DNA of 58,257 nucleotides from an uncultured Pseudomonadales bacterium (GTDB lineage: Bacteria > Patescibacteriota > Microgenomatia > UBA1400 > PJMF01), in contig CAZZBW010000004.1 of NCBI GenBank assembly GCA_964653045.1, positions 1 to 58,257 of the forward strand, read 5' to 3'. The notes under the pieces are model-generated. The model was not told the origin of the DNA, did not search any database, and saw only the letters and a program-made list of their open reading frames with translations. The number at the start of each line of letters is the position of its first letter. Position 1 is the stretch's first letter. Below, in pieces: positions 7,979-18,175 of this stretch. A program made the position numbers and the translations under genes.

Positions 7979-9998
7979 TCACTTTGTCGCCCATGATTTC
8001 ATACTGTGATTGGTCACCGTTCAAGTCAAGAATTAGCGGAAATTTGACTACACCGCTTTGTTTCCACACCTGGAGACGGTAATAATCCTGATCAGTGTAA
8101 GGCACAGAGTATGTCAGTTTAAGCTTGGCTACAGAGTCTGGTTCGAGGGTGAAAAAGCCGTCAAACACAGTAAAACCCGCCTCATCGTAAGTACTAGGTT
8201 CTTCAATAAATCCGGTAGACTCAATTAATTTCGAGCCAGCTGGAACATATATCCTAGTCCAATCGCGCAAAGTTGAGTTGAGACAAAGCAGTCCTGCCTC
8301 TAGATTACAATTATCAGCCTTGTGATTGTTTTTGTAGGTAATTTCGACAGTTTTACTGATGGATTGCTCGTTTTCTCGCATTACGCCTTGTTCTATTTCG
8401 TAATTGATGAATAGATTCGATTTGGCTCCACCCAAATTTGAGTTAACAACGGCAAAAAAATCAGCAGATGTGGATGAATCGGGGGTGATCATCCGGCCGG
8501 CAACGTTAGCAGTTTCTGCGGCAGTTTGTAACTGTTCTTCAGGGAAATAAAACTGAACGTGTTTGCCGGCCAATAAATCAATAGCGACTTGGAATAATGC
8601 TGAATTTTTGTCACTGGGTGCATCGTAGACCTTGGTCAGGACTTCGCGCATTAGTGGCCCGAGAATTCCCTTGCGATCTTCACGAATATAGTTTGTCGGT
8701 CGAGTGATGATTTCGGATAGGGCGTAAACCACTTGAGGACAGTCACACTTGGGTGTTGGCTCGGACGTAAACGTACCATATCCAGGCACATTGACCGGTC
8801 CGATGATGTTGAGTAAGCGGGTCAGCACTTCAGTGTCAACTGCAATGATGCCATCAAGATCCTTGGCTCCCACTTTTTGGAACTCAGGAAAAAATTGCTC
8901 CATAGAGGTCCGAAAATCTGGAGAAATATTCATATCGCGCAAATTCCAGTATCTTTCCGTCGTCAAGTATTTGCCTAATTGCTCTGGAATTGGAGTGCGG
9001 GAACGATATTTTTGGTCAAGTTCATAAATGTCATCTGAGTAGTCAGGAGTAACTTTACCGTCTTCTATATAAATTATTGAGTAAGCAGTGAGAAATCCTC
9101 CCGTGGGCCGGAGTTCATTGTCGTTTTGGAACAAGACTAGGTATTTTTTCCGTGCGCCGCTCGCTCCGGCCACATTAGGAATTTGTTCAATCACTGGACG
9201 AAACTCACTAAGCAGACTCGATGCCATATTGGCGGTATTTTGGATTTGAACCACTCTAGACCTGAGTGGCTGTCCAGCTAGTTGTTCTGGATAGTCATCC
9301 GGATTGATGCTGCTCAACTCACTCGAAACAACTGTAAGCTCGGCGGCAATTGAGTCAAGCTCGGGCAACGATTTTTCCAAAGTTTCCAGCAAAAGCTTAA
9401 TTCGGTTTTCAGCGTTAGCTGAGTTGGGATCCTGAACGGTACCGCTTAAACCCAATACATCACTATATGGCTCAATGGTAGTGATAAACTTATCCCCAGC
9501 CACTTCTCCTGATCGAGCAGCCCTGATAATCGCTTGGCCATCTTGCCAATATTTACTTGAAATGGGTAAGTGAGATAAAAAAACTAATTGATTAAGTTGA
9601 GCTTCCATCGTGTCAATCTGACCAGATATTTTTTCATACTCAGCTTTAGCACCCGGAAGGTTTTGAGACTTGAACTGGTCAGCAACTGCTCGGACAGTCA
9701 CCTCGGTTTGGGTTAGGGAAAATTTCAATTGTTGTGCAACACGATAAGTGTAGAAGCCCACTCCACCACCAATACCTAATATTAATCCAACAACAATTAA
9801 TACTCCTAATAACATCTTTTTCTTCGGAGATAAATTGGTGTTGAACGAGTTTGTCAGAGTTTTAGATGTTTTTGGAAGTCGTTTAAAACCTCGCGCTAGT
9901 TGATCAGTCAAGCTGGTGAATTTTTGCCGCAGTTGAAAACCCAGCGAGGCGCGGTTTTTTTCGATTGGCTCAAGCTCGTTTAAGATTGATTCAAACAT
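7962..9998 (-). CDS. DUF4012-like membrane-anchored extracytoplasmic protein
   Basis: 678 aa. One TM helix near residue 65, then a large extracellular part containing the NDNELRPTGGFLTAYS motif that I associate with DUF4012 proteins. These are commonly encoded beside cell-wall polysaccharide loci. Confidence 0.65.
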   Translation of the reverse strand: MFESILNELEPIEKNRASLGFQLRQKFTSLTDQLARGFKRLPKTSKTLTNSFNTNLSPKKKMLLGVLIVVGLILGIGGGVGFYTYRVAQQLKFSLTQTEVTVRAVADQFKSQNLPGAKAEYEKISGQIDTMEAQLNQLVFLSHLPISSKYWQDGQAIIRAARSGEVAGDKFITTIEPYSDVLGLSGTVQDPNSANAENRIKLLLETLEKSLPELDSIAAELTVVSSELSSINPDDYPEQLAGQPLRSRVVQIQNTANMASSLLSEFRPVIEQIPNVAGASGARKKYLVLFQNDNELRPTGGFLTAYSIIYIEDGKVTPDYSDDIYELDQKYRSRTPIPEQLGKYLTTERYWNLRDMNISPDFRTSMEQFFPEFQKVGAKDLDGIIAVDTEVLTRLLNIIGPVNVPGYGTFTSEPTPKCDCPQVVYALSEIITRPTNYIREDRKGILGPLMREVLTKVYDAPSDKNSALFQVAIDLLAGKHVQFYFPEEQLQTAAETANVAGRMITPDSSTSADFFAVVNSNLGGAKSNLFINYEIEQGVMRENEQSISKTVEITYKNNHKADNCNLEAGLLCLNSTLRDWTRIYVPAGSKLIESTGFIEEPSTYDEAGFTVFDGFFTLEPDSVAKLKLTYSVPYTDQDYYRLQVWKQSGVVKFPLILDLNGDQSQYEIMGDKVIELEF

Positions 9999-10044
9999 AA
10001 GACACCTTGGTTTATGTAAGCATGTTTAAGTATACCAAACTGCT

Positions 10045-10689
10045 TTACCATTTTGAAAGCATGGCTTTGGGGGTCTTAAGGATAATCAATAGATCTTCGA
10101 TGACGCTCTGATGTAGGGCATACTCTGAATCTATCTTGGCGCGTTTGGTAAACGGAATCTCATTTCTTCCAGAAGTTTGCCAAACTCCGGTGATGCCAGG
10201 TTTAGCAGCCAGAATCAGGGGCAAGTATTTTTTTGTTTCTGGATAACGTTTGGTTTGTTCTTCGAGTTCCATCCGCAAGTATGCTCTCGGACCAACCATG
10301 CTCATCTCTCCGCGTAAGACATTAAGCAACTGCGGAAACTCATCGATGGTGAGTTTCCGCAATACTTTCCCGACTCTAGTAACCCGAGGATCATTGCGCA
10401 TTTTCCAATCTCCATTTTTGAACTCCTCAAGTAATTTGCTATCATGCTTGTGAAGTAAATCATCGGCATCTTTAATCATGGAGCGAAATTTATAGAGCTC
10501 AAACTCATTTCCAAACCGACCGACGCGCTTGTGCTTGAAGATGGCGGGGCGGCCAGAATCAAAAATAATCAAGATAGGAACGATTATCCAAAAAGGGGTG
10601 AATAAAATCGTCAAAGTGGAAGCGACAATCAAATCAAAAAACCGCTTAATTACTTCATAAGAATTTTTTGGTTGATTTGGTTTGAGCAT
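10045..10689 (-). CDS. Small monotopic phosphoglycosyl transferase (bacterial sugar transferase family, PglC/WbaP C-domain type)
   Basis: 214 aa. N-terminal hydrophobic helix, KFRSM, DEFPQLLNVLRGEMSMVGPRA and PGITGVWQ motifs are diagnostic of the Bac_transf family. Confidence 0.9.
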   Translation of the reverse strand: MLKPNQPKNSYEVIKRFFDLIVASTLTILFTPFWIIVPILIIFDSGRPAIFKHKRVGRFGNEFELYKFRSMIKDADDLLHKHDSKLLEEFKNGDWKMRNDPRVTRVGKVLRKLTIDEFPQLLNVLRGEMSMVGPRAYLRMELEEQTKRYPETKKYLPLILAAKPGITGVWQTSGRNEIPFTKRAKIDSEYALHQSVIEDLLIILKTPKAMLSKW

Positions 10690-10701
10690 TGCTAGCTTAT
10701 T

Positions 10702-11814
10702 TTAGAGATATTGGTCTTTTTTTTCATCTTTAAGTCTTTCAACTAATTTTTTGACTGACTGACTTTTGCTTTTGGGAGCAACCAGCAAAATTTCTGGTGT
10801 ATCGACTATGATCATATCATTGACTCCCAGAAGGGCGATTAATCGACCATCAGTATGAACTAAGTTATTTTGTGATTCAATTGTCAATGCGGGTATGCTT
10901 TGGTGCTTTTTATCGGTAATGATGACATTGCCAGCCAAATCTTTTATGCCCAAGTCATACACAACTTGCCACTCGCCAATGTCATTCCAGCCAAACTCGC
11001 CAGGAATCAGCAGCAAATTATCAGCTTTTTCTGAAATGGCGTAGTCAATCGAGATTGACATTGTTTGTTCGTATATCTTGGGGAGAAGTTCTCGAAATTG
11101 TTTCGAAGTTGCAGAAAATAATTTTTGGATTAACTGATATGTTTTTGGCTGGTACTTTTCAAACCCTTTAATGATCGCATCGCTTGACCAAACGTAATGA
11201 TTGGCGTTCCAAAAATACTTACCTGTCGAGAGGAAAGCTTGAGCGGTAGCTTTATCTGGTTTTTCGATAAAATTCTTAACCAAAAAAACTTTTGCATTTA
11301 TACCTTTCGGAGGATCGATCTCTTCGCCGATACGAATGTAGCCAAACGCCGTTGATGGAAAACTAGGTTTTATACCTACAGCGATTAAACTTTGGTAATC
11401 ACTAGCAAAATGAGCCGCGGCCTTCATAATCCGGACAAACTCGGTTTCGTTTTCGACGACATGATCGGCCGCGTCGTTGACAACAATAGCTTTAGGATCC
11501 TGATTTTTGGCATAAATGGCGCCCACTAGCATGGCCATGGCAGTGTCACGTTTGTCAGGTTCTGCAATAATTTGAGATTTACTAATTTGTGGTAACTGTT
11601 GTGCCACTTGGGTTTCATATTTTTTATTGGTAATAATAATAATTTTTTTCCAATCAACAAATTGCGCAAATCTTTCAGCAGTGATTTGCAGCATTGTTTT
11701 ATCACCTAATAGTGTCAAGAATTGCTTGGGAGTATTGTTTCTAGATTTAGGCCACAAGCGGGTGCCTCCACCACCTGCTAAAATTACTGCGTAGGTATGA
11801 TCTAGAAAATTCAT
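10702..11814 (-). CDS. manC: Mannose-1-phosphate guanylyltransferase
   Basis: 370 aa. AVILAGGGGTRLWPKSR...PKQFL nucleotidyltransferase motif, GYIRIGEE and FIEKPD segments are typical of ManC/CpsB without the isomerase domain. Confidence 0.85.
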   Translation of the reverse strand: MNFLDHTYAVILAGGGGTRLWPKSRNNTPKQFLTLLGDKTMLQITAERFAQFVDWKKIIIITNKKYETQVAQQLPQISKSQIIAEPDKRDTAMAMLVGAIYAKNQDPKAIVVNDAADHVVENETEFVRIMKAAAHFASDYQSLIAVGIKPSFPSTAFGYIRIGEEIDPPKGINAKVFLVKNFIEKPDKATAQAFLSTGKYFWNANHYVWSSDAIIKGFEKYQPKTYQLIQKLFSATSKQFRELLPKIYEQTMSISIDYAISEKADNLLLIPGEFGWNDIGEWQVVYDLGIKDLAGNVIITDKKHQSIPALTIESQNNLVHTDGRLIALLGVNDMIIVDTPEILLVAPKSKSQSVKKLVERLKDEKKDQYL

Positions 11815-11904
11815 ATTGCTCTTTCTTTTGAGTTGGTACTGATAAGAATTATTTTTGTTATTTTCCCACGATTAATAATAAATTGTCATACAAAGTATGA
11901 CAAT

Positions 11905-13224
11905 TTAAGAAGTGTAACACACTCGCCAATGTTTACGCCACTCGCGATCGATCAGGGAGCGCCAGGTTTGGATAAACTGCTCAGGACTCAATTTCAATTG
12001 AATTTTGGGATCGAGAGTGGTGTGAACTGGAAGTTCGGTAATCTGCTTAATTATTTCTTGAGTATTGTTGGTATCTACAATCGCTGCTCCACTTTGACCT
12101 GCCAATAACTCAGCCAAGCCGGAGTTCTGGGAAATTACGATCGGGGTGCCTTGATTGAGAATTTCTGCGCCGACTAAACCCAAGTCTTCGTCACCGAGCA
12201 TTAAACCTGTTCGAGCGAAGCGAAACAGGAGCTGCAGCTCAAGCTCATTCAATTGATTAAGAAAAATAATTTGAGCTTGAGCTTGGATTGATTTTTGAAA
12301 AGCTTCGAGAATGGTTTGATCTTCCTGACGAATATATGTTTGATCAGGAAACAATTCGGCGCAATATTTGAGATGAATGCCTGTACCAACGATTAATATT
12401 TTCTTGTTTAATTTTTGAGCAATTTCGATTGCCAGTTCTGTGCGTTTGTAACTCACTAGGCGGTTGGCGACGATTAGGTACTCTCCCAATGATTTTTTTT
12501 GCAGAAAAGTTAACAATCGATCAAAAGCTGGCGTATCAACAAGTTTGGGCTTCAGCGGTGGATAAATGATTGTTGAAGCTAAACTATATCGGGTCGCGAT
12601 TTTTTTCGCAGTAATTGAAGATAAGGTATAAATTAGATCAGGTCTTAAACTGGCTTGCTTGTCCCACCACTTGAGATAACGGACAAAGTAGCTGAATATG
12701 GGGTAAAAAAATTTAATGATGCCGGTGGAGCTTAGATATCGTTCCTGAAACTCATAAAGATATTTTGGCGGAGAAAAAATGTAGCTGATGTGAAGTTGGC
12801 TGGGTTTGGTAATCACGCCTTTGGCCTCGGCACTGGTCAAAGAAATAATAATGTCATACTCATCAAGCTTGAGCGACTCGAAAGCCAGCGGCATCAGAGG
12901 CACCAGCCACTGATGCCGCGTCCTCATCCAGCCAAGCTTTTGTAAGAAAGAAGTTTTGACTCGATTTTTATCTACCCAGTTGGCCTGAGGATGATAAATG
13001 CTGGTAAAGATTGGGGCTTCAGGAAAAGCATCGAGCAGCAGTTTGATCAAGTACTCTGCTCCACCATAGCGAGTGTTAACCCGGTCATATATAAAGGCGA
13101 GTTTAGGCGATGGAGGTTGAAGTTTTGCTGTCACTGAGTGCAGTTTATAAGTAATATTTACTAGGATTTCAGCTGCAGGGCTTGTCGATAGGCTTGAAAG
13201 GTAAGTTGGGCAGTATTTTGCCAA
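11905..13224 (-). CDS. Glycosyltransferase, GT-B fold (GT4-like)
   Basis: C-terminal GT-B signature (GDEDLGLVGAEILNQGTPIVISQNSGLAELL). The N-terminal KLAFIYDRVNTRYGGAEY resembles GT4 N-termini. The ATG at 13224 overlaps the upstream gene by 64 nt, so a GTG at 13134 is an alternative start. Confidence 0.8.
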   Translation of the reverse strand: MAKYCPTYLSSLSTSPAAEILVNITYKLHSVTAKLQPPSPKLAFIYDRVNTRYGGAEYLIKLLLDAFPEAPIFTSIYHPQANWVDKNRVKTSFLQKLGWMRTRHQWLVPLMPLAFESLKLDEYDIIISLTSAEAKGVITKPSQLHISYIFSPPKYLYEFQERYLSSTGIIKFFYPIFSYFVRYLKWWDKQASLRPDLIYTLSSITAKKIATRYSLASTIIYPPLKPKLVDTPAFDRLLTFLQKKSLGEYLIVANRLVSYKRTELAIEIAQKLNKKILIVGTGIHLKYCAELFPDQTYIRQEDQTILEAFQKSIQAQAQIIFLNQLNELELQLLFRFARTGLMLGDEDLGLVGAEILNQGTPIVISQNSGLAELLAGQSGAAIVDTNNTQEIIKQITELPVHTTLDPKIQLKLSPEQFIQTWRSLIDREWRKHWRVCYTS

Positions 13225-14249
13225 CTGTATTGGGCAGCTACTTTTATGCCTTGAATTATTAATTTTGATTTTTGGCTGGGGATTTGTTTAACTAAATCAA
13301 CGAGTGAATCGTGATTGTGAGGATCAAAATACAGTGCTCCGTCTTGATATATTTCACGGAAAACAGGTATGTCAGAAGCAAGTAATGGTGTGCCGGCAGT
13401 CAAAGCTTCAACTCCAGTTAGCCCAAACCCCTCTGAGAGTGAGGGTTGGATTAAGCAGAAAGCTTTTCGATAAATTGTGTGGAGCTGGGCATCGCTAACC
13501 TGATGCAGTACTTGCACACGTGACTTCAAATTGTATTTTTTGACCAAGTGTAAGAATTGTTGGGTAAATGCTGAGCGAGCAGAAATAACCACTAGTGGGT
13601 GCGAAATGTGGCTCATGGCTTGAAGTATTAGCTCGACGTTTTTATGGGGATAGAGAGAGCCAACGTAAAGTATGTACTTGTCTGGGAGCGAGTCAGTTAT
13701 GGGCTCAGGTGGTAAGAGAGACGCGCCCTCGTAAGTCACTTGGATTTTAGCTTTAACGTCCGGGTAAAGTTGGCTCAAAGTGGAGCGAACTGAGTTTGAT
13801 GGAACCAAGATTAGCTTGGCGCGGGTCAGAGCCGATCGAACAACTAGCTTATAAGCAAAATACTTGGGCCAGTAAATCCACGAAGGTAGGGTGGTGACCC
13901 GCGCTCCGCGTTGGGTATGCCAAAGTAGATCGTGAATAGTAATCACAACCGGCTGGTTGTACATGATCGGTAAATTGAAGTGGGGAACGTGGAGAAGGTC
14001 TAAATGGGCAGATTGGAAAATCTGCCACATCTGCCATTGTTCTCTAAGTGTGTAGTGTTTGACTGGAGAGTAGATTGCTTCGAAACGACCGAGATGGGCA
14101 AAGAGCTGGTGCTGTTTTTTTTGAGAAAAAAACAGCACCCACTCAATTTCTTGATGTTCTGTCAGCAACTGGCTGACTAAGCTTTGAATATATCGACCCA
14201 AACCTGCGTGCTCAATGCCCGCTAGTCGACAATCGATGCCGATGCGCAT
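13161..14249 (-). CDS. Glycosyltransferase family 4
   Basis: 362 aa. MRIGIDCR... N-terminus and SEGFGLTGVEALTAGTPLLASDIPVFREI (EX7E-type motif). Confidence 0.85.
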   Translation of the reverse strand: MRIGIDCRLAGIEHAGLGRYIQSLVSQLLTEHQEIEWVLFFSQKKQHQLFAHLGRFEAIYSPVKHYTLREQWQMWQIFQSAHLDLLHVPHFNLPIMYNQPVVITIHDLLWHTQRGARVTTLPSWIYWPKYFAYKLVVRSALTRAKLILVPSNSVRSTLSQLYPDVKAKIQVTYEGASLLPPEPITDSLPDKYILYVGSLYPHKNVELILQAMSHISHPLVVISARSAFTQQFLHLVKKYNLKSRVQVLHQVSDAQLHTIYRKAFCLIQPSLSEGFGLTGVEALTAGTPLLASDIPVFREIYQDGALYFDPHNHDSLVDLVKQIPSQKSKLIIQGIKVAAQYSWQNTAQLTFQAYRQALQLKS

Positions 14250-14257
14250 GCGCTTAT

Positions 14258-14671
14258 TTATTTCTTGCTTGTTTTTCTGCTTGCAGCTTTTACTTTTGGT
14301 TTACGATTTGCCTTAAGAGTTTTGTCAACCATTTTTTCCAGTTCTTCGATCTCTTTTTCCTCAAGATCGATCGAGAGATCTTCTGGATGAGCTAATTGCA
14401 TACCTAATCGTCGAATTTGTTTTTCTCTAAAGAAATTAATCGTTAAAGCATAGATGGTGTATAGAATCGATAGCGCTAAAGCACCAACTGGGATAGCTTC
14501 ATAGAACCAAGGAGCTTCCAAGAATTGTTGCTCAGAGAAAAACATGGAAATTATTAACGATGGGGCGAAAGCACCAAAGAAAATACAAAATACTACGACA
14601 CCAATCATTTCCAGCAATGTCTGGATGCTTTTGGAGCGCAGGTCAGAGATTTGAAATTGGATCGGGTTCAT
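14258..14671 (-). CDS. Hypothetical small membrane protein with a Lys-rich tail
   Basis: 137 aa. Two predicted TM helices and a charged C-terminus. Its start overlaps the stop of the upstream GT2 gene (14668..15546) by 4 nt, and the GT4 gene at 13161..14249 follows 8 nt downstream. No recognisable motif. Confidence 0.6.
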   Translation of the reverse strand: MNPIQFQISDLRSKSIQTLLEMIGVVVFCIFFGAFAPSLIISMFFSEQQFLEAPWFYEAIPVGALALSILYTIYALTINFFREKQIRRLGMQLAHPEDLSIDLEEKEIEELEKMVDKTLKANRKPKVKAASRKTSKK

Positions 14672-15546
14672 AAACCGCCTTTCATTAAATTAATAAAAAT
14701 ATACAAACACTGTCGGAATATTTTTGGATACTCACGAGCATAGTGTTTGTCGTAATATTGTAGCATGGTGTCAAAAAAATAAGCACGGGTTTTTTTGGCA
14801 ATTTTTTGAGATGTGTTCTTGATGCCGGATTTATGTTTGTGATGAATGATGGTCGCGCCTGGGTAATAGACAACGAGGTATCCTGCTTCTCTATTTCTTT
14901 TACACCAATCCAGGTCCTCAGCGTACATAAAAAATCTTTCGTCTAGTCCACCGATGGTTTGATAAACTGGGTCTTTGATTAAGAGACTGGCTCCGGAACA
15001 GGCATCAACGGTGTGAATAGTTGCTAAATCTTTGTAAGTTTGATGATATTGACCAAATAATTTGGAGTGGGGGAAAAGTTTTTCCAGTCCGAGAAAGTAA
15101 AATAAACTAGCTTGAGGCGTGGGCTCGCCGCGATGGCAAGCTGGATCCAGCTTGCCATCAGAAAACTCAAGTCTAGGTGTGATAATCCCGACTTTTTTTT
15201 GACGGGCGGCAAAATTCAGCAAGGCATCGATGTTTGAAGCAGAAGTCAGTTCAGTATCGGAGTTGAGCAAGAGATAATGTTTGGCGGGTTGAGCTTGGAG
15301 GGCCAGATTGTTGGCAACAGCAAAGCCACGATTTTCGTCCAGCTTGATTAATTTTGCCCACGGATATTGTTTTTCGACAAGCTTAATTGAGTCGTCTTGG
15401 CTGTGGTTGTCGACGACAACCACAGCTACTTTTTTTTGAGTTTGCAGCAAGTAATGATCGTGAAGCGATGAGAGGGTTTTGTCTAACCAAAATTGGCTGT
15501 TGTATGTGACAATGATGATTGAAAGGTCGAGTTGGTTTTTTTTCAT
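14668..15546 (-). CDS. Glycosyltransferase family 2
   Basis: 292 aa. LSIIIVTYNS, VVVDNHSQDDS, LLLNSDTEL and YAEDLDWC motifs indicate a GT-A fold with DXD. Confidence 0.88.
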   Translation of the reverse strand: MKKNQLDLSIIIVTYNSQFWLDKTLSSLHDHYLLQTQKKVAVVVVDNHSQDDSIKLVEKQYPWAKLIKLDENRGFAVANNLALQAQPAKHYLLLNSDTELTSASNIDALLNFAARQKKVGIITPRLEFSDGKLDPACHRGEPTPQASLFYFLGLEKLFPHSKLFGQYHQTYKDLATIHTVDACSGASLLIKDPVYQTIGGLDERFFMYAEDLDWCKRNREAGYLVVYYPGATIIHHKHKSGIKNTSQKIAKKTRAYFFDTMLQYYDKHYAREYPKIFRQCLYIFINLMKGGL

Positions 15547-16739
15547 GATTTTTCGCCGATGGTTTGATAGATCTTATCTAATTTCCGAGAAATTAGTGAC
15601 CAGTCGTAATGATTGGTGACAAAGCGTAACCCAGCTTGGGCCAATTGCTCGCGCCTTCGATCATCATTAAGTAATTCCAGAGCGTGTTCGGCAATTTCTG
15701 GTGCGGTATCGGCAATAAGTGCCTGTTTGTTGGGAGTAAGTCCTAAACCTTCGACAGCAGTTTTAGTGGCGACGATGGCAGTTTGTGAAGCCATGGCTTC
15801 CAAAATTTTGTAGCGGGTGCCTTTGCCATCAAAGACTGGAGCAATCAAAATATGAGCATGAGCAAAAGCATCACGGATATCCGGAATGCCACCCTGAACA
15901 GAAATATTTGGATACTTATTAATGTAGCCGAGGACTTCAGTTGTTGGGGCATTGCCGACAATCATCAACTTGGCTTTGGGTAATTTTTGATAAATCAGAG
16001 GCCAAACTCGGTTAACTAAAAACCGGACTGCCTCTTGATTGGGTAACCAGTTGAATGTTCCAACGAACAAGACAGTTGGAGAGTTGGGTAACTGCTTAGC
16101 TTTTTGAGCAAACCAATCGATGTCGACACCGTTAGCTACTACATCGATTTTGTTTGGTTGAGACACATGTTGAGTAATAAACTTTTTATCTTCGTTACTC
16201 ATCACAATCAGGCGATCGGCAATTTGCCAGTAATGTTTTTCCCAACGACGAATTTTATTGATATCTAAGTTTAGGACTCCCCTCACCAGCCAGCTGGCTT
16301 TTTTGGCGTAGCTTTCATATCCAGAGTACTCGATTGTTTGTTCCACCAGAATGGTTGGCACATTTGTTTTAGGTAAGTGCGGCATCATGTAAAAAGTCTC
16401 GGCATGAATTAAGTCGTATTGAGTATTCATTAACTCAGCTTTGACGGCATCGGTGACTTCAGCGACGCGATTGCGGACAACTAGAAATGGGTACTGGGAG
16501 ATGGCGGTGTGAAAAATATTCTTGAGGGTGAAGGGTTTTTCGGAGCGCCGAAAAACCTGAACTTTTTTGCAATATGGAGCAATCTGTTTGATTAACTGCT
16601 TTTCTGATTCATGTTTGATCAGCGAAAACAACGTAATCTCATGTTTAGGTGCGAGCTGTTTGAGGAGATTGTAAGTCCGAATCTGACCGCCAGAAAGCAG
16701 CGGATAAGGGAGATAGGGAGTAAGCATTAAAACTTTCAT
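15543..16739 (-). CDS. Glycosyltransferase family 4
   Basis: 398 aa. MKVLMLTPYLPYP...GGQIR N-terminus and GKGTRYKILEAMASQTAIVATKTAVEGL C-terminal motif. Confidence 0.85.
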   Translation of the reverse strand: MKVLMLTPYLPYPLLSGGQIRTYNLLKQLAPKHEITLFSLIKHESEKQLIKQIAPYCKKVQVFRRSEKPFTLKNIFHTAISQYPFLVVRNRVAEVTDAVKAELMNTQYDLIHAETFYMMPHLPKTNVPTILVEQTIEYSGYESYAKKASWLVRGVLNLDINKIRRWEKHYWQIADRLIVMSNEDKKFITQHVSQPNKIDVVANGVDIDWFAQKAKQLPNSPTVLFVGTFNWLPNQEAVRFLVNRVWPLIYQKLPKAKLMIVGNAPTTEVLGYINKYPNISVQGGIPDIRDAFAHAHILIAPVFDGKGTRYKILEAMASQTAIVATKTAVEGLGLTPNKQALIADTAPEIAEHALELLNDDRRREQLAQAGLRFVTNHYDWSLISRKLDKIYQTIGEKS

Positions 16740-18175
16740 CAGCTTTTCTGTTTTGTTAAATCGAGAATTAAATACTCGTCTGTTTCTTTAATAATTGTGT
16801 ATTTTTCTTTAAGCTCGTTGGCTTCATCGTCTTTGGAAGTAGTCACATAGTGGGTGGCGCCGGCAGTAATTTTTTTATCAATGTCAAAACCAAGTGGCCA
16901 GCCTCGCCGATTGGTTTGATAAAGGAACATCGTGTCTCCCATGGCAGGGGCGATGACTATTGCATCAGCGGGGAGAAGCTCATCAACAACTTTGCCTGCA
17001 CGCTGGTACTCCCAGTGATTAATATTGTAAAACCCCCGAATTTGAGTCCAGGAAACACTGACCCCAACTAAGTATAAAATTATTACCAACACCCAAGAAA
17101 CAAAAGGGATGAGGCGCCTTGAGAAAATCCGAGCAATGATAGTCATGCCCCGACCAAGACTGAGAGCCAAGATTGGTAACATCAGATTTTGATAGTAATC
17201 ATGTTGAACATTGCCGGTGGCAAACACAATCATAAACGCCACTATCCCGCCCCACCAACAGCTGTAGACAAGTAGCTCTTTGTTTTTAGGATAAATTATA
17301 CTTAAGGGTATGAAAATTATACTGGTATAGCCTAAAAACAATTTTGTCACTCGCTCCCAAATCAGCCAGCGAAACCAAGCTGGGCGTAAACGAATGCCGT
17401 TACTGTTATATAGCCAGTCTGACACTGGGATGCCAGTAGGAAAATTTTGTATCCACTCTCGCCATAGTAACAAGGGGACAATGGTGACTGAAAGGCAGAT
17501 AACAGCCAGCCAGTCCCAGAGCTTAAGTTTGTATCTCTCAGCAATAAGTAGTCCGATAAAGACAGGAGCCAGAAATACGGCGAAGGGTTTGAGCAAGAAG
17601 CTCAAACCCAGCAAGAAGAAAGTAAGGACATATGCCCACCAACGTTTAGAAATTAGCCAATATTGAAAACAAGCGACCGCACTAGTGCTTGCTGCCAGCA
17701 GGTAGGGCTCGGGCAAGATAGCTCGGGAATAATAAATGGCAAAAGGGAGAGTGGCGAAAACAGCAGCTGCTGCTACCCCAACAATTTTACCTGACCAGGT
17801 ATAGCCTAAGTAATAAATCGCAGCCAGGGTAAATAACGAAGCTAAAGCACTACTCAGTCGGCTGAAGGTGACTAAATCAAGATTGGGAAAAGTCCTGATT
17901 ATAACTGCCAGCAGACCATTAATAATCGGAAACTCCACCATCCGATACCCTTCGGGATTGTCATGACCGCTTTGGATGTTTGACAGATCGTGATATTTGG
18001 GTCGGAGCAGATCAATGCCGTTTTTGACATATTCCCTGGTGACTGAAGCAGTATCTGCTTGTCTGAAACTATGCCAATCGAGAATGGGTGAATTAATTTT
18101 GTATAGGCGCAACAGTATTGCCAGGAGACCAATGACAACTAGAGGTATTAATTTAAGCAGCAGTTTGAAACTCAT
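16739..18175 (-). CDS. Polytopic membrane glycosyltransferase, GT-C fold (ArnT/PMT-like)
   Basis: 478 aa with about 11 hydrophobic helices. A conserved acidic first loop (FRQADTASVTREY) and a soluble C-terminal tail. Sits inside the glycan operon. Confidence 0.6.
   Translation of the reverse strand: MSFKLLLKLIPLVVIGLLAILLRLYKINSPILDWHSFRQADTASVTREYVKNGIDLLRPKYHDLSNIQSGHDNPEGYRMVEFPIINGLLAVIIRTFPNLDLVTFSRLSSALASLFTLAAIYYLGYTWSGKIVGVAAAAVFATLPFAIYYSRAILPEPYLLAASTSAVACFQYWLISKRWWAYVLTFFLLGLSFLLKPFAVFLAPVFIGLLIAERYKLKLWDWLAVICLSVTIVPLLLWREWIQNFPTGIPVSDWLYNSNGIRLRPAWFRWLIWERVTKLFLGYTSIIFIPLSIIYPKNKELLVYSCWWGGIVAFMIVFATGNVQHDYYQNLMLPILALSLGRGMTIIARIFSRRLIPFVSWVLVIILYLVGVSVSWTQIRGFYNINHWEYQRAGKVVDELLPADAIVIAPAMGDTMFLYQTNRRGWPLGFDIDKKITAGATHYVTTSKDDEANELKEKYTIIKETDEYLILDLTKQKS

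Noticed and set aside
14108-14139. A perfect 14-bp stem / 4-nt loop inverted repeat (GGTGCTGTTTTTTT-TGAG-AAAAAAACAGCACC) inside the GT4 gene 13161-14249, considered as an attenuator, terminator or phase-variation tract.
   Set aside because: The stem is mostly an A/T homopolymer (T8 / A7), thermodynamically weak, and has no terminator-like U-tract context. It encodes an ordinary FFSQKKQH segment. A/T runs of 7-8 encoding Lys/Phe are common throughout this AT-leaning window (for example 15430-15437, 15536-15543 and 9955-9961). Slippage-based phase variation cannot be excluded but is unsupported.
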